64,000 nt of DNA from an uncultured Nitrospiraceae bacterium (GCA_963846575.1 CAWJWJ010000001.1:384001-448000); one strand, 5' to 3'; counted from the stretch's first letter, positions 31,868 through 40,907 are shown. A program made the numbers and translations. Notes: generated by a model not told the origin, from the letters alone.

Positions 31868-32119
31868 GTCTAGTCTCTCCTTCCATTAAAGCTTCCCGTA
31901 CTTAAGCATGAACACTGGTACTTGGAAACAAATTATGGAATAGAAGAATTTATTTGACCGCAATCACGTAGCGAGTAAATTGTGCTTGAGTAGCCCTTCG
32001 TCGACGAAATCATCGCACAATTTAGAGCCCGAGCTGTGGCAGCGGGCCAAGCACGGCTGCCCACAATTTTTTGCTCCGTCAGTTGGCCGCCCTACCAATA
32101 ATAAGAAAGGATCTGCACC

Positions 32120-32647
32120 ATGAGAGTTCATTTATCCCGATCCCAAAAAGCCATGCTTGAATTGTTCGAGCGCCATGTGAAAGCAGAAATGGATGGTGAC
32201 CTTGAAACCACGATGGGCACCATGACCGACAATCCCCATCTGCATAACATTGCGAGTATGATGGGTGGGGTGGGACGTCAAGGAGTCAGTGATTTTTATC
32301 GGAATCATCTCGTGGGAAAATTTTTTCCTCCTGATGTCAAAATGGTGAATGTCTCTCGGACTATTGGCAGCGAGCAGCTTGTAGATGAGTTGGTGATCAG
32401 CTTTACGCACACGAGAACAATTGACTGGATGCTGCCGGGTGTACCGCCCACAGGCAAGAAGGTCGAAATGGCCGTGGTCGTTATTGTTGGGGTCAATGAT
32501 GGAAAAATATCCCACGAGCACATTTATTGGGATCAGGCGAGCGTCTTGGTTCAGATCGGATTGCTCAATCCAGCACGGCTACCTGTAAGCGGTGCCGCAA
32601 GTGCCCGAAGGATACTCAATCCCACACTGCCAGCACGCGTGATCTGA
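32120..32647 (+). CDS. SnoaL-like/NTF2-fold (ester cyclase-like) protein
   Basis: FTHTRTIDWMLPGVPPTGKKVE, HEHIYWDQASVLVQIGLL. Confidence 0.85.
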   Translation: MRVHLSRSQKAMLELFERHVKAEMDGDLETTMGTMTDNPHLHNIASMMGGVGRQGVSDFYRNHLVGKFFPPDVKMVNVSRTIGSEQLVDELVISFTHTRTIDWMLPGVPPTGKKVEMAVVVIVGVNDGKISHEHIYWDQASVLVQIGLLNPARLPVSGAASARRILNPTLPARVI

Positions 32648-33049
32648 GGAGTCGAAGCCTTTGTAAAACCGTGTATTAGATGGAGGTAGTTATCATCCTT
32701 CGGTTGATTCAAAGCCAATCGCAAGACAGACAACTCAGCCATGTCCCCTCTAAGATTTGCCTCGCAGCCCTTACGCCACAGTAGAAGTTGCCGCCATCCC
32801 CATCTTAATCCCAGCGAGAGCGAATCCCTCTATAGGCCTCTCCTGCCTTACAGCTAATGGACTGTGGAGCCCTAAGTTCCGAATAAGTTCAGCGTCATAA
32901 GGGTCCAACCGGACGACCTGGGGAAAAGCGTCGGTCCTCTCAAAGCGATGAGGTTGTTTGCCCTTGTCAGGCAGGGGCTCCAGTTCAGCAACAATATTAT
33001 CGACATCTGGAAAATAAACATTCCCACAGTGCCGAGTTTAGCTATATGG

Positions 33050-33070
33050 TGATAGTGAGAATTGTTATCA
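33050..33070. promoter_or_regulatory. Fur-box-like operator
   Basis: TGATAGTGAGAATTGTTATCA matches TGATAATGATAATCATTATCA at 17 of 21 positions. Confidence 0.65.
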
Positions 33071-33071
33071 A

Positions 33072-33476
33072 TGTGCGTGCGCCCTGTTCACATGTTCACG
33101 CGAGAAGGAACTGAACGGTTGTTTATGTCCCTGGCTTGAACAGTTCCCGTGCCGATCATGCCCGTCAGTTCGGGAGGAACAGCGTGCAAGGACCCACTGG
33201 ATGAAGACGGTGGTTATCCATCGTCTTCGTCCAGTGGCTTTCCACCCAGTCGAAGTGGATGAGCGGTGATTCGAGGAACCCCGCTGGATACGGAAGTTGC
33301 TCGGCGATCGAACTTCGACGGACTCCTCTGCGTGGGGGTACCATGGAGGTGCATCACCCTGCGATGAGCACTTCCCGCTTCCCCTCGGGCGCCGCAGATT
33401 GTCACCTAAACCGTTGCGCCAAAGTCGCGCACACTATCTGAAAAATCAAATTAACATGCCGCCCACTGCGGCGCCC
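33072..33476 (+). ncRNA. Putative structured non-coding RNA (unassigned family)
   Basis: Series of nested and tandem stems, including a 20-bp hairpin at 33194-33237 whose two non-Watson-Crick pairs are both G-U on the plus strand; no credible ORF. Confidence 0.45.
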
Positions 33477-34045
33477 CATCCGGTCCCGCGATTTCAGCAA
33501 GTGATAACGCCTGGTCGTTGAGATCGGAGGACCGGTTCATAATCATTAACCCAGGATACTTCAATGAAGGTGCACGAATGTCCCGGCTGCAAGCACAACA
33601 GTCTGGTTCCCACAGGAGGGTTCCTATCGTGTGGGCATTGCGGCTATGCCATCACAGCCGCCGCACTAGCTGTCGAGCAACGTCTTCGTCAAGGTCAGCC
33701 ACTACACAGAAGATAACCATCTCAGTGGTACACACCATGCTCAAAAGGGAAGCACGTGAGAAGCATCTGATGAACACCGGCGGGAATGATCTCCCTGCCA
33801 AACTTAGCCTCGTCGTATCAATCCTTATGGTGTTATTAGCTCTTATTGGAGGTTGTCTGCGCTGAACTTGTCTTGACGATCAAAAAACACCTATGCATCC
33901 ACATTTATCCAAACTGATGCGTCCGTTATCGAATTGGATACACCGCCGCACTTCCAAAGTCTGACCCTGGCACAGCTTTGCCAACCTAGATACTAATAGC
34001 CTTGGAAAAACAATTTGTTATGGCGCACGTGACATACACGATCAT

Positions 34046-34062
34046 TTGGTACGCGAGTTGCT
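34046..34062 (+). promoter_or_regulatory. sigma54 (-24/-12) promoter
   Basis: TTGGTACGCGAGTTGCT with exact GG-N10-GC spacing, about 60 nt upstream of the micro-ORF. Confidence 0.6.
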
Positions 34063-34124
34063 GTTATCAGGGAAATGTGGCGAGACTAAGTGAGATCACT
34101 ATTTGATCAGAGGAGGATTCCATC

Positions 34125-34202
34125 ATGCTTTGGACCATCGCAATATTAGGAACCTACATCGCGGGCATTTATCTGATTCGCCTCGTATGGTGGCAGGAAT
34201 AA
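34125..34202 (+). CDS. 25-aa single-TM small protein (MLWTIAILGTYIAGIYLIRLVWWQE)
   Basis: AGGAGG RBS 8 nt before ATG; hydrophobic helix; below the ORF-track cutoff. Confidence 0.55.
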   Translation: MLWTIAILGTYIAGIYLIRLVWWQE

Positions 34203-34371
34203 TGCCCGCTTTGTCGGGGCCATCCACTCCGTTCTTTCAGACCACGCTGAGATCCGCATCCCCTGGAGGCTTCATGACCGCTGCGACTGAGTCGCCTGCA
34301 GCCAGGGAGAGAGTTTGCCCCCTCCAACGCAGGATTATGTTGCGAGGCGTAGCAATACTACACTGTCGTCC

Positions 34372-34749
34372 ATGCATCCGAACCTCCCCATACCGATCAA
34401 ACCGCTAGTCTCCACCACCTTTTCCGGAATCACCCTTAGCTTTCGCCGTACGCGAGATCGGTGGGAAATAGTCTGTCCCGTTATATTCGCAGGCGCCCCA
34501 TTCATTGGAGAGGGGACCCTCCATAACCTCTCACAAACTGGATGTACGGTAGATTGTAACCGCATGGTACTGGACGGCAGCTACATGACTCTTCGCCTCC
34601 TGCTGCCTGACAATCATCGCTCGCTTGGAATAGACCTCGGAGCCGTACGCTGGGTTCGTGGGCAACACTTCGGCATAGAATTTCTGCGCATCCCCGCCAG
34701 TGAGCAAGCCCGACTAGACCGATTCCTTACACTTCTTCGGCATGGATGA
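34372..34749 (+). CDS. Stand-alone PilZ domain protein
   Basis: RRTRDR (RxxxR), NLSQTG (D/NxSxxG), VRWV...FGIEF. Confidence 0.85.
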   Translation: MHPNLPIPIKPLVSTTFSGITLSFRRTRDRWEIVCPVIFAGAPFIGEGTLHNLSQTGCTVDCNRMVLDGSYMTLRLLLPDNHRSLGIDLGAVRWVRGQHFGIEFLRIPASEQARLDRFLTLLRHG

Positions 34750-35051
34750 GCCGCTTTCCCCAGTTAATTATTTAGGATTGGATCATTTTCATTGGAGTGA
34801 AATTTTCGAGGGCATGGCGTGCCAGGACTGTCAGTGTCCATCGGGACTCAAAGGAACATTTCGAAAGACCCCACGCGAGTGTTAGAGGTGCGACCATCAC
34901 TTCACGACCAACTTGAAAGACTGGTTTTCACAAGCTTCGATTTGTTCCCGCGCATGTATGAGACGCAACGGTAGAGACAGGTCGACAAGCAAGCACCATG
35001 CGATTCCGGTGTTCTGGAATGTTAGATGTCCCCTGTCGCTTGCATCCCAGA

Positions 35052-35495
35052 TCATCGTCTGCCGAATGATCGCACGTAAAGCAGGACCTGCCAGGCTTCC
35101 TCTTCCGTAAGAATCAGAGGAACGAATGAAGCCATATCGGTTCCAGGGCTCCCATTTTTCAGGATCCAGAACAGTTCTCCATCCGTTCTCGCCGCCTGCC
35201 ATACCTTGTCGGTGAAATTCCGTGGCAGCCTGCCACGTAGTCCTACGATATCGCCAAGCCCTTTGCCATCTCGTCCATGGCAGGTTGCACAAAAGGCTTT
35301 CCCGTGGAAAATGACCTTCCCTCGCTCGATGTTGTCCGCAGTCGATTCAAATGGATTCTTCCACGTTCTTGCCTCCTCTATCTGGTCAGGTAGTACGCGC
35401 GGTTTCAATACCTCGGCATCGGCAGCGAAGGACGGTGCCGTCAGCACCCCGGCCAGTAATATCCACGGCCTCAGGAAGGTGGGTAACCGATTCAA
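35052..35495 (-). CDS. Monoheme c-type cytochrome
   Basis: Signal peptide, CATCH, TDGELFW...GSPGTDM; TTG start after GGAGGGAG. Confidence 0.88.
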   Translation of the reverse strand: MNRLPTFLRPWILLAGVLTAPSFAADAEVLKPRVLPDQIEEARTWKNPFESTADNIERGKVIFHGKAFCATCHGRDGKGLGDIVGLRGRLPRNFTDKVWQAARTDGELFWILKNGSPGTDMASFVPLILTEEEAWQVLLYVRSFGRR

Positions 35496-35599
35496 CGCTC
35501 CCTCCGTCGTTTCAGCATATAGGACGATGGGCCAGGAGAAGCCCCACTCTCCTCCTCAAAGCTCATCCTGATCTGGTCAGCCTGCATCACCTATTCTCT

Positions 35600-36139
35600 T
35601 TACGGCATGATCTTCTCCGCCGGCTGGGAATGACCGGGGAATTCATGCCCCAAAGACTGTGGGAAGCTGACTGAGCCATCAGGAAATTTAAGCCCCTTCT
35701 GCCACAGATGATAGATCACGCCATCTGTCCCAGCTGCCACTGCCGCAACCTTGGCCGCTTCCTCGGCCGGCATGTCAAGAACCTGGACCCGGCCCGTGGC
35801 AATCTCCACTTTGTGGTCATGAAAATAGCGATGCCACTGGATCGGGGGCAGAGTTCGCGTCAAATCCTTCGCCACAAAATATTCGATGGCAACCAGCGGC
35901 GCCTTCGGGTCAGTCGACTCAAAGAGGAGGCATTGGAGAATTTTGTCTGAGATCCCTTTGCAGTAGTGGTGATAGGGTCCGCCGGGCTCACCATTCGGCA
36001 TGAGGTGCGGAGCCATGACGTGAATATCGTACCCCAGGGCAGGGCCATTGGGCTCGCCGCTCATGGCATTTGGGGGGGCGCCCCCCGCGCATCCAATTAA
36101 CAACACCGCAAGCGTGGCAAGTAATTGCTTTCTCATCAC
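35600..36139 (-). CDS. DUF1264 family lipoprotein
   Basis: Lipobox LIGC; HHYC....LQCLLF......L.AIEY; W..YFHDH..E. Confidence 0.78.
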   Translation of the reverse strand: MMRKQLLATLAVLLIGCAGGAPPNAMSGEPNGPALGYDIHVMAPHLMPNGEPGGPYHHYCKGISDKILQCLLFESTDPKAPLVAIEYFVAKDLTRTLPPIQWHRYFHDHKVEIATGRVQVLDMPAEEAAKVAAVAAGTDGVIYHLWQKGLKFPDGSVSFPQSLGHEFPGHSQPAEKIMP

Positions 36140-36324
36140 GTCTAGCCTCCTCTTAATTGGTTGGATTACGGGTCAGCTTCGATGACCGTCTGTTATAGCC
36201 TCATTGACTTAGAGCACGATTTAAGTGAAACGATTCAACAAATGCTCAGAAGTAGCCCAATAATCCTGCTTGCTCACTGGAATGTAGTGCGGCTCACCCG
36301 CCGCGCCGGACAGGCATTAATAGC

Positions 36325-37395
36325 CTACTTGGGCAATTTCGGCATGACAAACTTAAGGGGCTCCCCGGTCAATGACTTCAGAAAGGCGACGAGATCTGCT
36401 TTCTCCTCCGCCGTCAGGCCCAACGGTTTGACGAGTGGACTCAGATTGGGGTTGTTGCCCCCTCCCTGATCTAGGAACTCCACGACCTCCTCCAACGTTC
36501 TGAACGCCCCATCGTGCATGTAGGGCGAGGTCTCCGAAATACTGCGAAGGGTCATCGTCTTGAAGGCGCCTTTGTCTTTCTCTGCTCGTGTCACCTCGTA
36601 TCGGCCGAAATCGACCTTCATCGGACCAACCTGAGGCACGCCAAGATTGTGGAACTGGTTGTCCGTGAAATTTGGCCCATTGTGACAAAGAAGGCACCTC
36701 GCTTTCCCCCTAAATAGGGCCAGCCCTCGTACTGCCGCGTCGTCCATTGCCGATTGATCTCCCAGCACATACTTATCAAAAGCCGAGTTGGTGGAGAGCA
36801 CCGTTCGTTCATATGCGGCAACCGCCTCGGCAATGGCCTGGAGATTGACGTCCGTCCCGAACACGGCTCGGAACTGCCGCTGATACCCCTTGATCTTGGC
36901 TATCTTCGGGACGACATGGTCATGAGTTTCGGCCATCTCAACAGGATTATGAATGGGCCCGATGGCCTGCTCCTCAAGAGACAGCGCCCGGCCGTCCCAA
37001 AACTGGAAGCGGTTATAGGCTGAATTGTACACCGTCGGCGACTGGCGTCCGCCGATTCCACCTCCCACCCCGATGGATGTTTGCCGAGCATCGGCAAAAC
37101 CGGTCCCCGGGTTGTGACAAAAGGCGCAAGAGACCGCATCATTCTTGGAGAGGCGACCGTCGAAGTAGAGTTGTTTCCCGAGCTCGATTTTCGAGGCATA
37201 GTTGAGGTTAGTACCGGCTGTCGGAATCGTCGTGGGCAATGGACCGATATCAGGCACGGTCACCCCGTCGATTGTCACGGTGCCATGAGGCGCATGGTCG
37301 GACGGTAATGCGTGGACGAATGCAGCCTCCCCAGCCACTGCACTCACCAGTAACAAAACTTCAATCGCGCGTATCGGCAATAGGCCTCGCACCAT
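36325..37395 (-). CDS. Di-heme cytochrome c peroxidase (CCP/MauG family)
   Basis: LG.QLYFD.RLS, CAFCH, QFWDGRA..LEEQA.GP, CLLCHNG, PYMHDG. Confidence 0.92.
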   Translation of the reverse strand: MVRGLLPIRAIEVLLLVSAVAGEAAFVHALPSDHAPHGTVTIDGVTVPDIGPLPTTIPTAGTNLNYASKIELGKQLYFDGRLSKNDAVSCAFCHNPGTGFADARQTSIGVGGGIGGRQSPTVYNSAYNRFQFWDGRALSLEEQAIGPIHNPVEMAETHDHVVPKIAKIKGYQRQFRAVFGTDVNLQAIAEAVAAYERTVLSTNSAFDKYVLGDQSAMDDAAVRGLALFRGKARCLLCHNGPNFTDNQFHNLGVPQVGPMKVDFGRYEVTRAEKDKGAFKTMTLRSISETSPYMHDGAFRTLEEVVEFLDQGGGNNPNLSPLVKPLGLTAEEKADLVAFLKSLTGEPLKFVMPKLPK

Positions 37396-37574
37396 ACAAT
37401 GTACCTCCCAGTTGAGCCGAGACGGACGGTTTCCACCGTCACCGTTCTGGCCATGGTGGGCATTATACTTACAATTGATCAGTTGGTCGAGATTCTCGTT
37501 CACGAAGCAGGGGCCGGATCAAACGGCACGAGCGCGAGACCGGAGCTGCACGGCGGAAGGAGGAGGATCCGTGG

Positions 37575-38177
37575 TTAAGAACCCCGTACGGTGGAACGCA
37601 TAAGGCTATCGGCTTGCGGGGGGAGAAATCCTTGATACCCTTGATGCCGCTCGGTCAATTCGAGGACGGAAAACGGCTGTCCATCAACCATTTCAGGCGC
37701 GGTAAAAATCTGCCGCAAGGTCCCGCCCCGGACACCCGCGATCTCGCCGGCGAACACGACTCCCTTTGCTTTCATTTTAAGGATCGCCTTTTCGATGTCC
37801 TCCACCCGCACGGCCACATGGTGAAAAACCTGATCTCCAAATTTGTTGACCCAGCGAGGAATGATGCTGGTTTTACCCCGATCGTCCGAATAGGCCTGGT
37901 CGACAAACAAAGCCGGGTACCCGGCCCGCCGATACACTTTTGCATACCAATCTTCATACTCGATCGTTTCATCATACTCATACCCAAGCGCAACAAACTC
38001 CTGCGCCCGCTGATCGATGTTCATCGTCCTGATCGTCAAATGATCGATCACCGGTGCGAATCCCACCCCAACGTCGTCGAGCGCCTGGCGTACCATCCGC
38101 GCGGCGCTGTTCTTCGCCAAGAACTCCGCGGTCATACGAGCGATCATGACATCGAGGTCAGCTCCTTGCCCCATCAT
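37575..38177 (-). CDS. VOC-fold protein, compact DUF1338/HglS (2-oxoadipate dioxygenase/decarboxylase)-like
   Basis: DHLTIRT, FHHVAV, LRQ, ELTER..YQGF....AD.LM.ST; overlaps the upstream ALDH gene. Confidence 0.6.
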   Translation of the reverse strand: MMGQGADLDVMIARMTAEFLAKNSAARMVRQALDDVGVGFAPVIDHLTIRTMNIDQRAQEFVALGYEYDETIEYEDWYAKVYRRAGYPALFVDQAYSDDRGKTSIIPRWVNKFGDQVFHHVAVRVEDIEKAILKMKAKGVVFAGEIAGVRGGTLRQIFTAPEMVDGQPFSVLELTERHQGYQGFLPPQADSLMRSTVRGS

Positions 38178-39714
38178 TCCCTCCTTCCGCCCTCCCAAAA
38201 GTCACTCCTTGCGCCAACGGTAGTTCCGTCCCCCAGTTGATCGTCGTGGTCTGCCGACGCATGTACGCCTTCCAGGCATCGGATCCCGCTTCGCGTCCAC
38301 CGCCCGTGGTCTTCTCGCCGCCGAATGCGCCACCAATCTCCGCGCCGGACGTGCCGATATTGATGTTGGCGATGCCACAGTCGCTGCCTATCGTGGACAA
38401 GAACTGCTCGCTATGGCGAATGTGCATAGTGAACAGCGCCGAAGAGAGGCCCTGAGGCACCGCGTTGTGCAGTCGGATCGCTTCGTCGAGAGTGCGATAT
38501 GTCATCACGTACAGAATCGGTGCGAATGTCTCACGCTGGACGACATCCCAATGATTCTGCGCTCGCACGATCGTCGGCTCGACAAAATGCCCTGGCCGAG
38601 AGAGAAGACGACCGCCGCACAGAATTTCGCCGCCCTCTCGCTTGATTTCATCGAGAGCGGCTCGATACCCCTCTAGCGCCTCGCGATCGATCAGCGGTCC
38701 CATCAACACATTAGGTTGGAGGGGATCCCCGATCGTTACCTGCGCATAGGCAGCCACCAGCCGAGGCACCAGGCTCTCATATTGCGACTCATGCACGATG
38801 ACCCGCCTGGTGGAGGTGCAGCGCTGTCCCGCGGTGCCGACCGCACCGAACACGATCGCCCTCGTAGCCAGTTCGAGGTCAGCCGTTTCATCGACGATCA
38901 CCGCATTGTTTCCGCTGAGCTCCAAAAGGCTTCGACCCAACCGGCGGCCGACCACTTCTGCGACATGCCTCCCCACCGGAACCGACCCCGTGAACGAAAT
39001 CAGCGGCAACCGCTCGTCCCCGACCATCTGCTCCGCGAGCTCAACGCGATTCGTGGTCAAAAGCGCAAACACACCCGGATATCCGGCCTCATCCAGCACA
39101 CGGTTGCAGAGATGCTGTACGGCCAGAGCACAGAGCGGCGCCTTCGGAGAAGGTTTCCACAACACCGTATTACCGGTCACGGCCGCAATAAAGGCATTCC
39201 AGGCCCAGACAGCCACAGGAAAGTTGAAAGCTGTGATGACCCCCACGACGCCCAAGGGATGCCATTGCTCATACATCCGATGCCGCGGACGTTCCGAATG
39301 CATGGTCTGTCCGTATAACGTGCGAGATAACCCCACGGCGAAGTCCGCCATGTCGATCATTTCCTGCACTTCTCCATCACCCTCGGATTTGATTTTTCCG
39401 ACTTCGAGTGAGACCAACGTGCCCAAGGCGTCCTTCTTCGCCCTCAACGCGTTCCCGATCAGGCGAATGACCTCGCCTCGTTTGGGAGCGGGTACCATCC
39501 GCCATGAGGCCTGTGCCTGTCGGACGCCGGTCACGAGCGTCTCATAGTCCGCTTCATCACAACCATAGACGCGCGCGAGTGTCTCACCTGTCGACGGATT
39601 ACGTGACTCCACAACGCCGGCATTCGTGCTGCGGCTCCAAACCCTGGATGACAGACAGCCCCCGGGCTGTTTAAGGGATAGTCCTAAATCTTTGAATACA
39701 TCTTCCATCGTCAT
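38158..39714 (-). CDS. amaB: ALDH7-family aldehyde dehydrogenase (piperideine-6-carboxylate/aminoadipate-semialdehyde dehydrogenase)
   Basis: PAPKRGE, GEVQEMID, SERP.HRM.EQWHPLG, FGAVGTAGQRCT, GTSGAEIGGAFGGEK.TGGGRE.GSDAWK.YMRR. Confidence 0.92.
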   Translation of the reverse strand: MTMEDVFKDLGLSLKQPGGCLSSRVWSRSTNAGVVESRNPSTGETLARVYGCDEADYETLVTGVRQAQASWRMVPAPKRGEVIRLIGNALRAKKDALGTLVSLEVGKIKSEGDGEVQEMIDMADFAVGLSRTLYGQTMHSERPRHRMYEQWHPLGVVGVITAFNFPVAVWAWNAFIAAVTGNTVLWKPSPKAPLCALAVQHLCNRVLDEAGYPGVFALLTTNRVELAEQMVGDERLPLISFTGSVPVGRHVAEVVGRRLGRSLLELSGNNAVIVDETADLELATRAIVFGAVGTAGQRCTSTRRVIVHESQYESLVPRLVAAYAQVTIGDPLQPNVLMGPLIDREALEGYRAALDEIKREGGEILCGGRLLSRPGHFVEPTIVRAQNHWDVVQRETFAPILYVMTYRTLDEAIRLHNAVPQGLSSALFTMHIRHSEQFLSTIGSDCGIANINIGTSGAEIGGAFGGEKTTGGGREAGSDAWKAYMRRQTTTINWGTELPLAQGVTFGRAEGGNDGARS

Positions 39715-39721
39715 ATGGTCG

Positions 39722-40813
39722 TTATGATCGAAAACAGTCTCCGAAACGATTGTCCAGCACATCGTGCAGTGAAAACTTTTCCTGTGTCACGAAGCCGTGG
39801 TAATTGTCGGGTTTGGCGAGTACAAGATCAACCACGCAACAGAGAGACGAAGCCGTCGTTACCTGGATGGCCGACCAGATTCGTCCCAGAATCGTGCGCG
39901 GATACACCTTCTTCACATAGGTGTCCTCGAATAATTCTCCTTTGCGGGTCCCCGTCACCGCCGCATAGATCAGAACGACATCCTGATGGGTCTGGGGGAT
40001 CGCCCGCTCCAGAATACGTTTGAGCGTGTCTCGATCTTCGTTCAGTTTGAGATCCTTCATGAGAAAGTGGATCTTCTCGCAATGCCCCGGATATCGCAGC
40101 GTTTTATAGTTCATGGACTGGACCCGCCCCCGGTAGGTGTCCGCCAAGGTGCCCAGGCCCCCGGAAGTATTGAAAGCCTCGTACAGAAGTCCATCCAGTT
40201 CGATCGTCTCGTAGCCTTCTAATGGTTGCAACTCGACCTCTCGTCCTCCGTCGATTCCGAGACAGACATTTCCGTACTCATTGATCAATCCGTCCGTCGA
40301 CCACGTGAGGGAATACTTCAAAACGTTACTCGGATGAACCGGCAGGGCACCCACCCGCATCTTCACACTCTCCACCGCATCGAATTGCCCGATTAAATCA
40401 TTCGTGACAATGCTAATGAAGCCCGGAGCGAGGCCGCATTGCGGAATAAATGCTCGATCGGAGGCCTCACTGATGGCCCGGACTCGGCCGGTCACTACAA
40501 CGTCTTCCGTCAGATCGAAGTAATGCAAACGATGGCTTCGCGCGATGTCCGCTACAATGGGATTGCAGAAGTAGGGAAGGCAGGAAATGACCGCATCAAA
40601 AGAGTGCGTACTGACGTACTGCGCAAGTAAGTCGGCCTGGCGCACATCCAGCGCACAGGGAATGACCCTCGACAACGACAAATCCTCTACCAGCCGCTTG
40701 GGCGCATCCAGGCTGAGGTCGCCCAAATGAACCAGGTATTGTCCCTCCATCGCAAGCAGCCCGGCGATGAGAGAGCCGATTTTCCCTGCTCCAAGCACCA
40801 AGACCTGAGGCAT
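39722..40813 (-). CDS. Saccharopine dehydrogenase family / lysine 6-dehydrogenase-like
   Basis: GAGKIG, YFDLTED, PQCGLAPG, LTWSTDGLINEY, EAFNTSGG, YKTLRYPGH. Confidence 0.88.
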   Translation of the reverse strand: MPQVLVLGAGKIGSLIAGLLAMEGQYLVHLGDLSLDAPKRLVEDLSLSRVIPCALDVRQADLLAQYVSTHSFDAVISCLPYFCNPIVADIARSHRLHYFDLTEDVVVTGRVRAISEASDRAFIPQCGLAPGFISIVTNDLIGQFDAVESVKMRVGALPVHPSNVLKYSLTWSTDGLINEYGNVCLGIDGGREVELQPLEGYETIELDGLLYEAFNTSGGLGTLADTYRGRVQSMNYKTLRYPGHCEKIHFLMKDLKLNEDRDTLKRILERAIPQTHQDVVLIYAAVTGTRKGELFEDTYVKKVYPRTILGRIWSAIQVTTASSLCCVVDLVLAKPDNYHGFVTQEKFSLHDVLDNRFGDCFRS

Positions 40814-40907
40814 CCGTCACCTTACAATGATTATACTCCTTCAGCTCACAGAGACGCTGTCTCGAATTACTCAGGCACAGACGAACGACTCTGTGTGCAC
40901 AGACGTG

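Noticed and set aside
32770..33035. Start-less open frame of about 85 codons on the minus strand (GNVYFPDVDNIVAELEP...)
   Set aside because: No start or RBS and no recognisable motif; possibly a gene fragment but unsupported.
33072..33476. Group II intron, retron msr-msd or known riboswitch explanation for the structured region (GTGCG occurs at its 5' end)
   Set aside because: No domain V-like catalytic hairpin, no reverse transcriptase in the window, and no cobalamin, c-di-GMP or TPP consensus recognised by eye.
33968..33982. TGGCACAGCTTTGCC as a sigma54 promoter
   Set aside because: GG-to-GC spacing is one base short of the required N10.
29664..35000. attR direct repeat of the tRNA-Lys 3' end, or an intact prophage/ICE
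   Set aside because: No repeat found by eye, and no phage or conjugation genes; only an integrase remnant.
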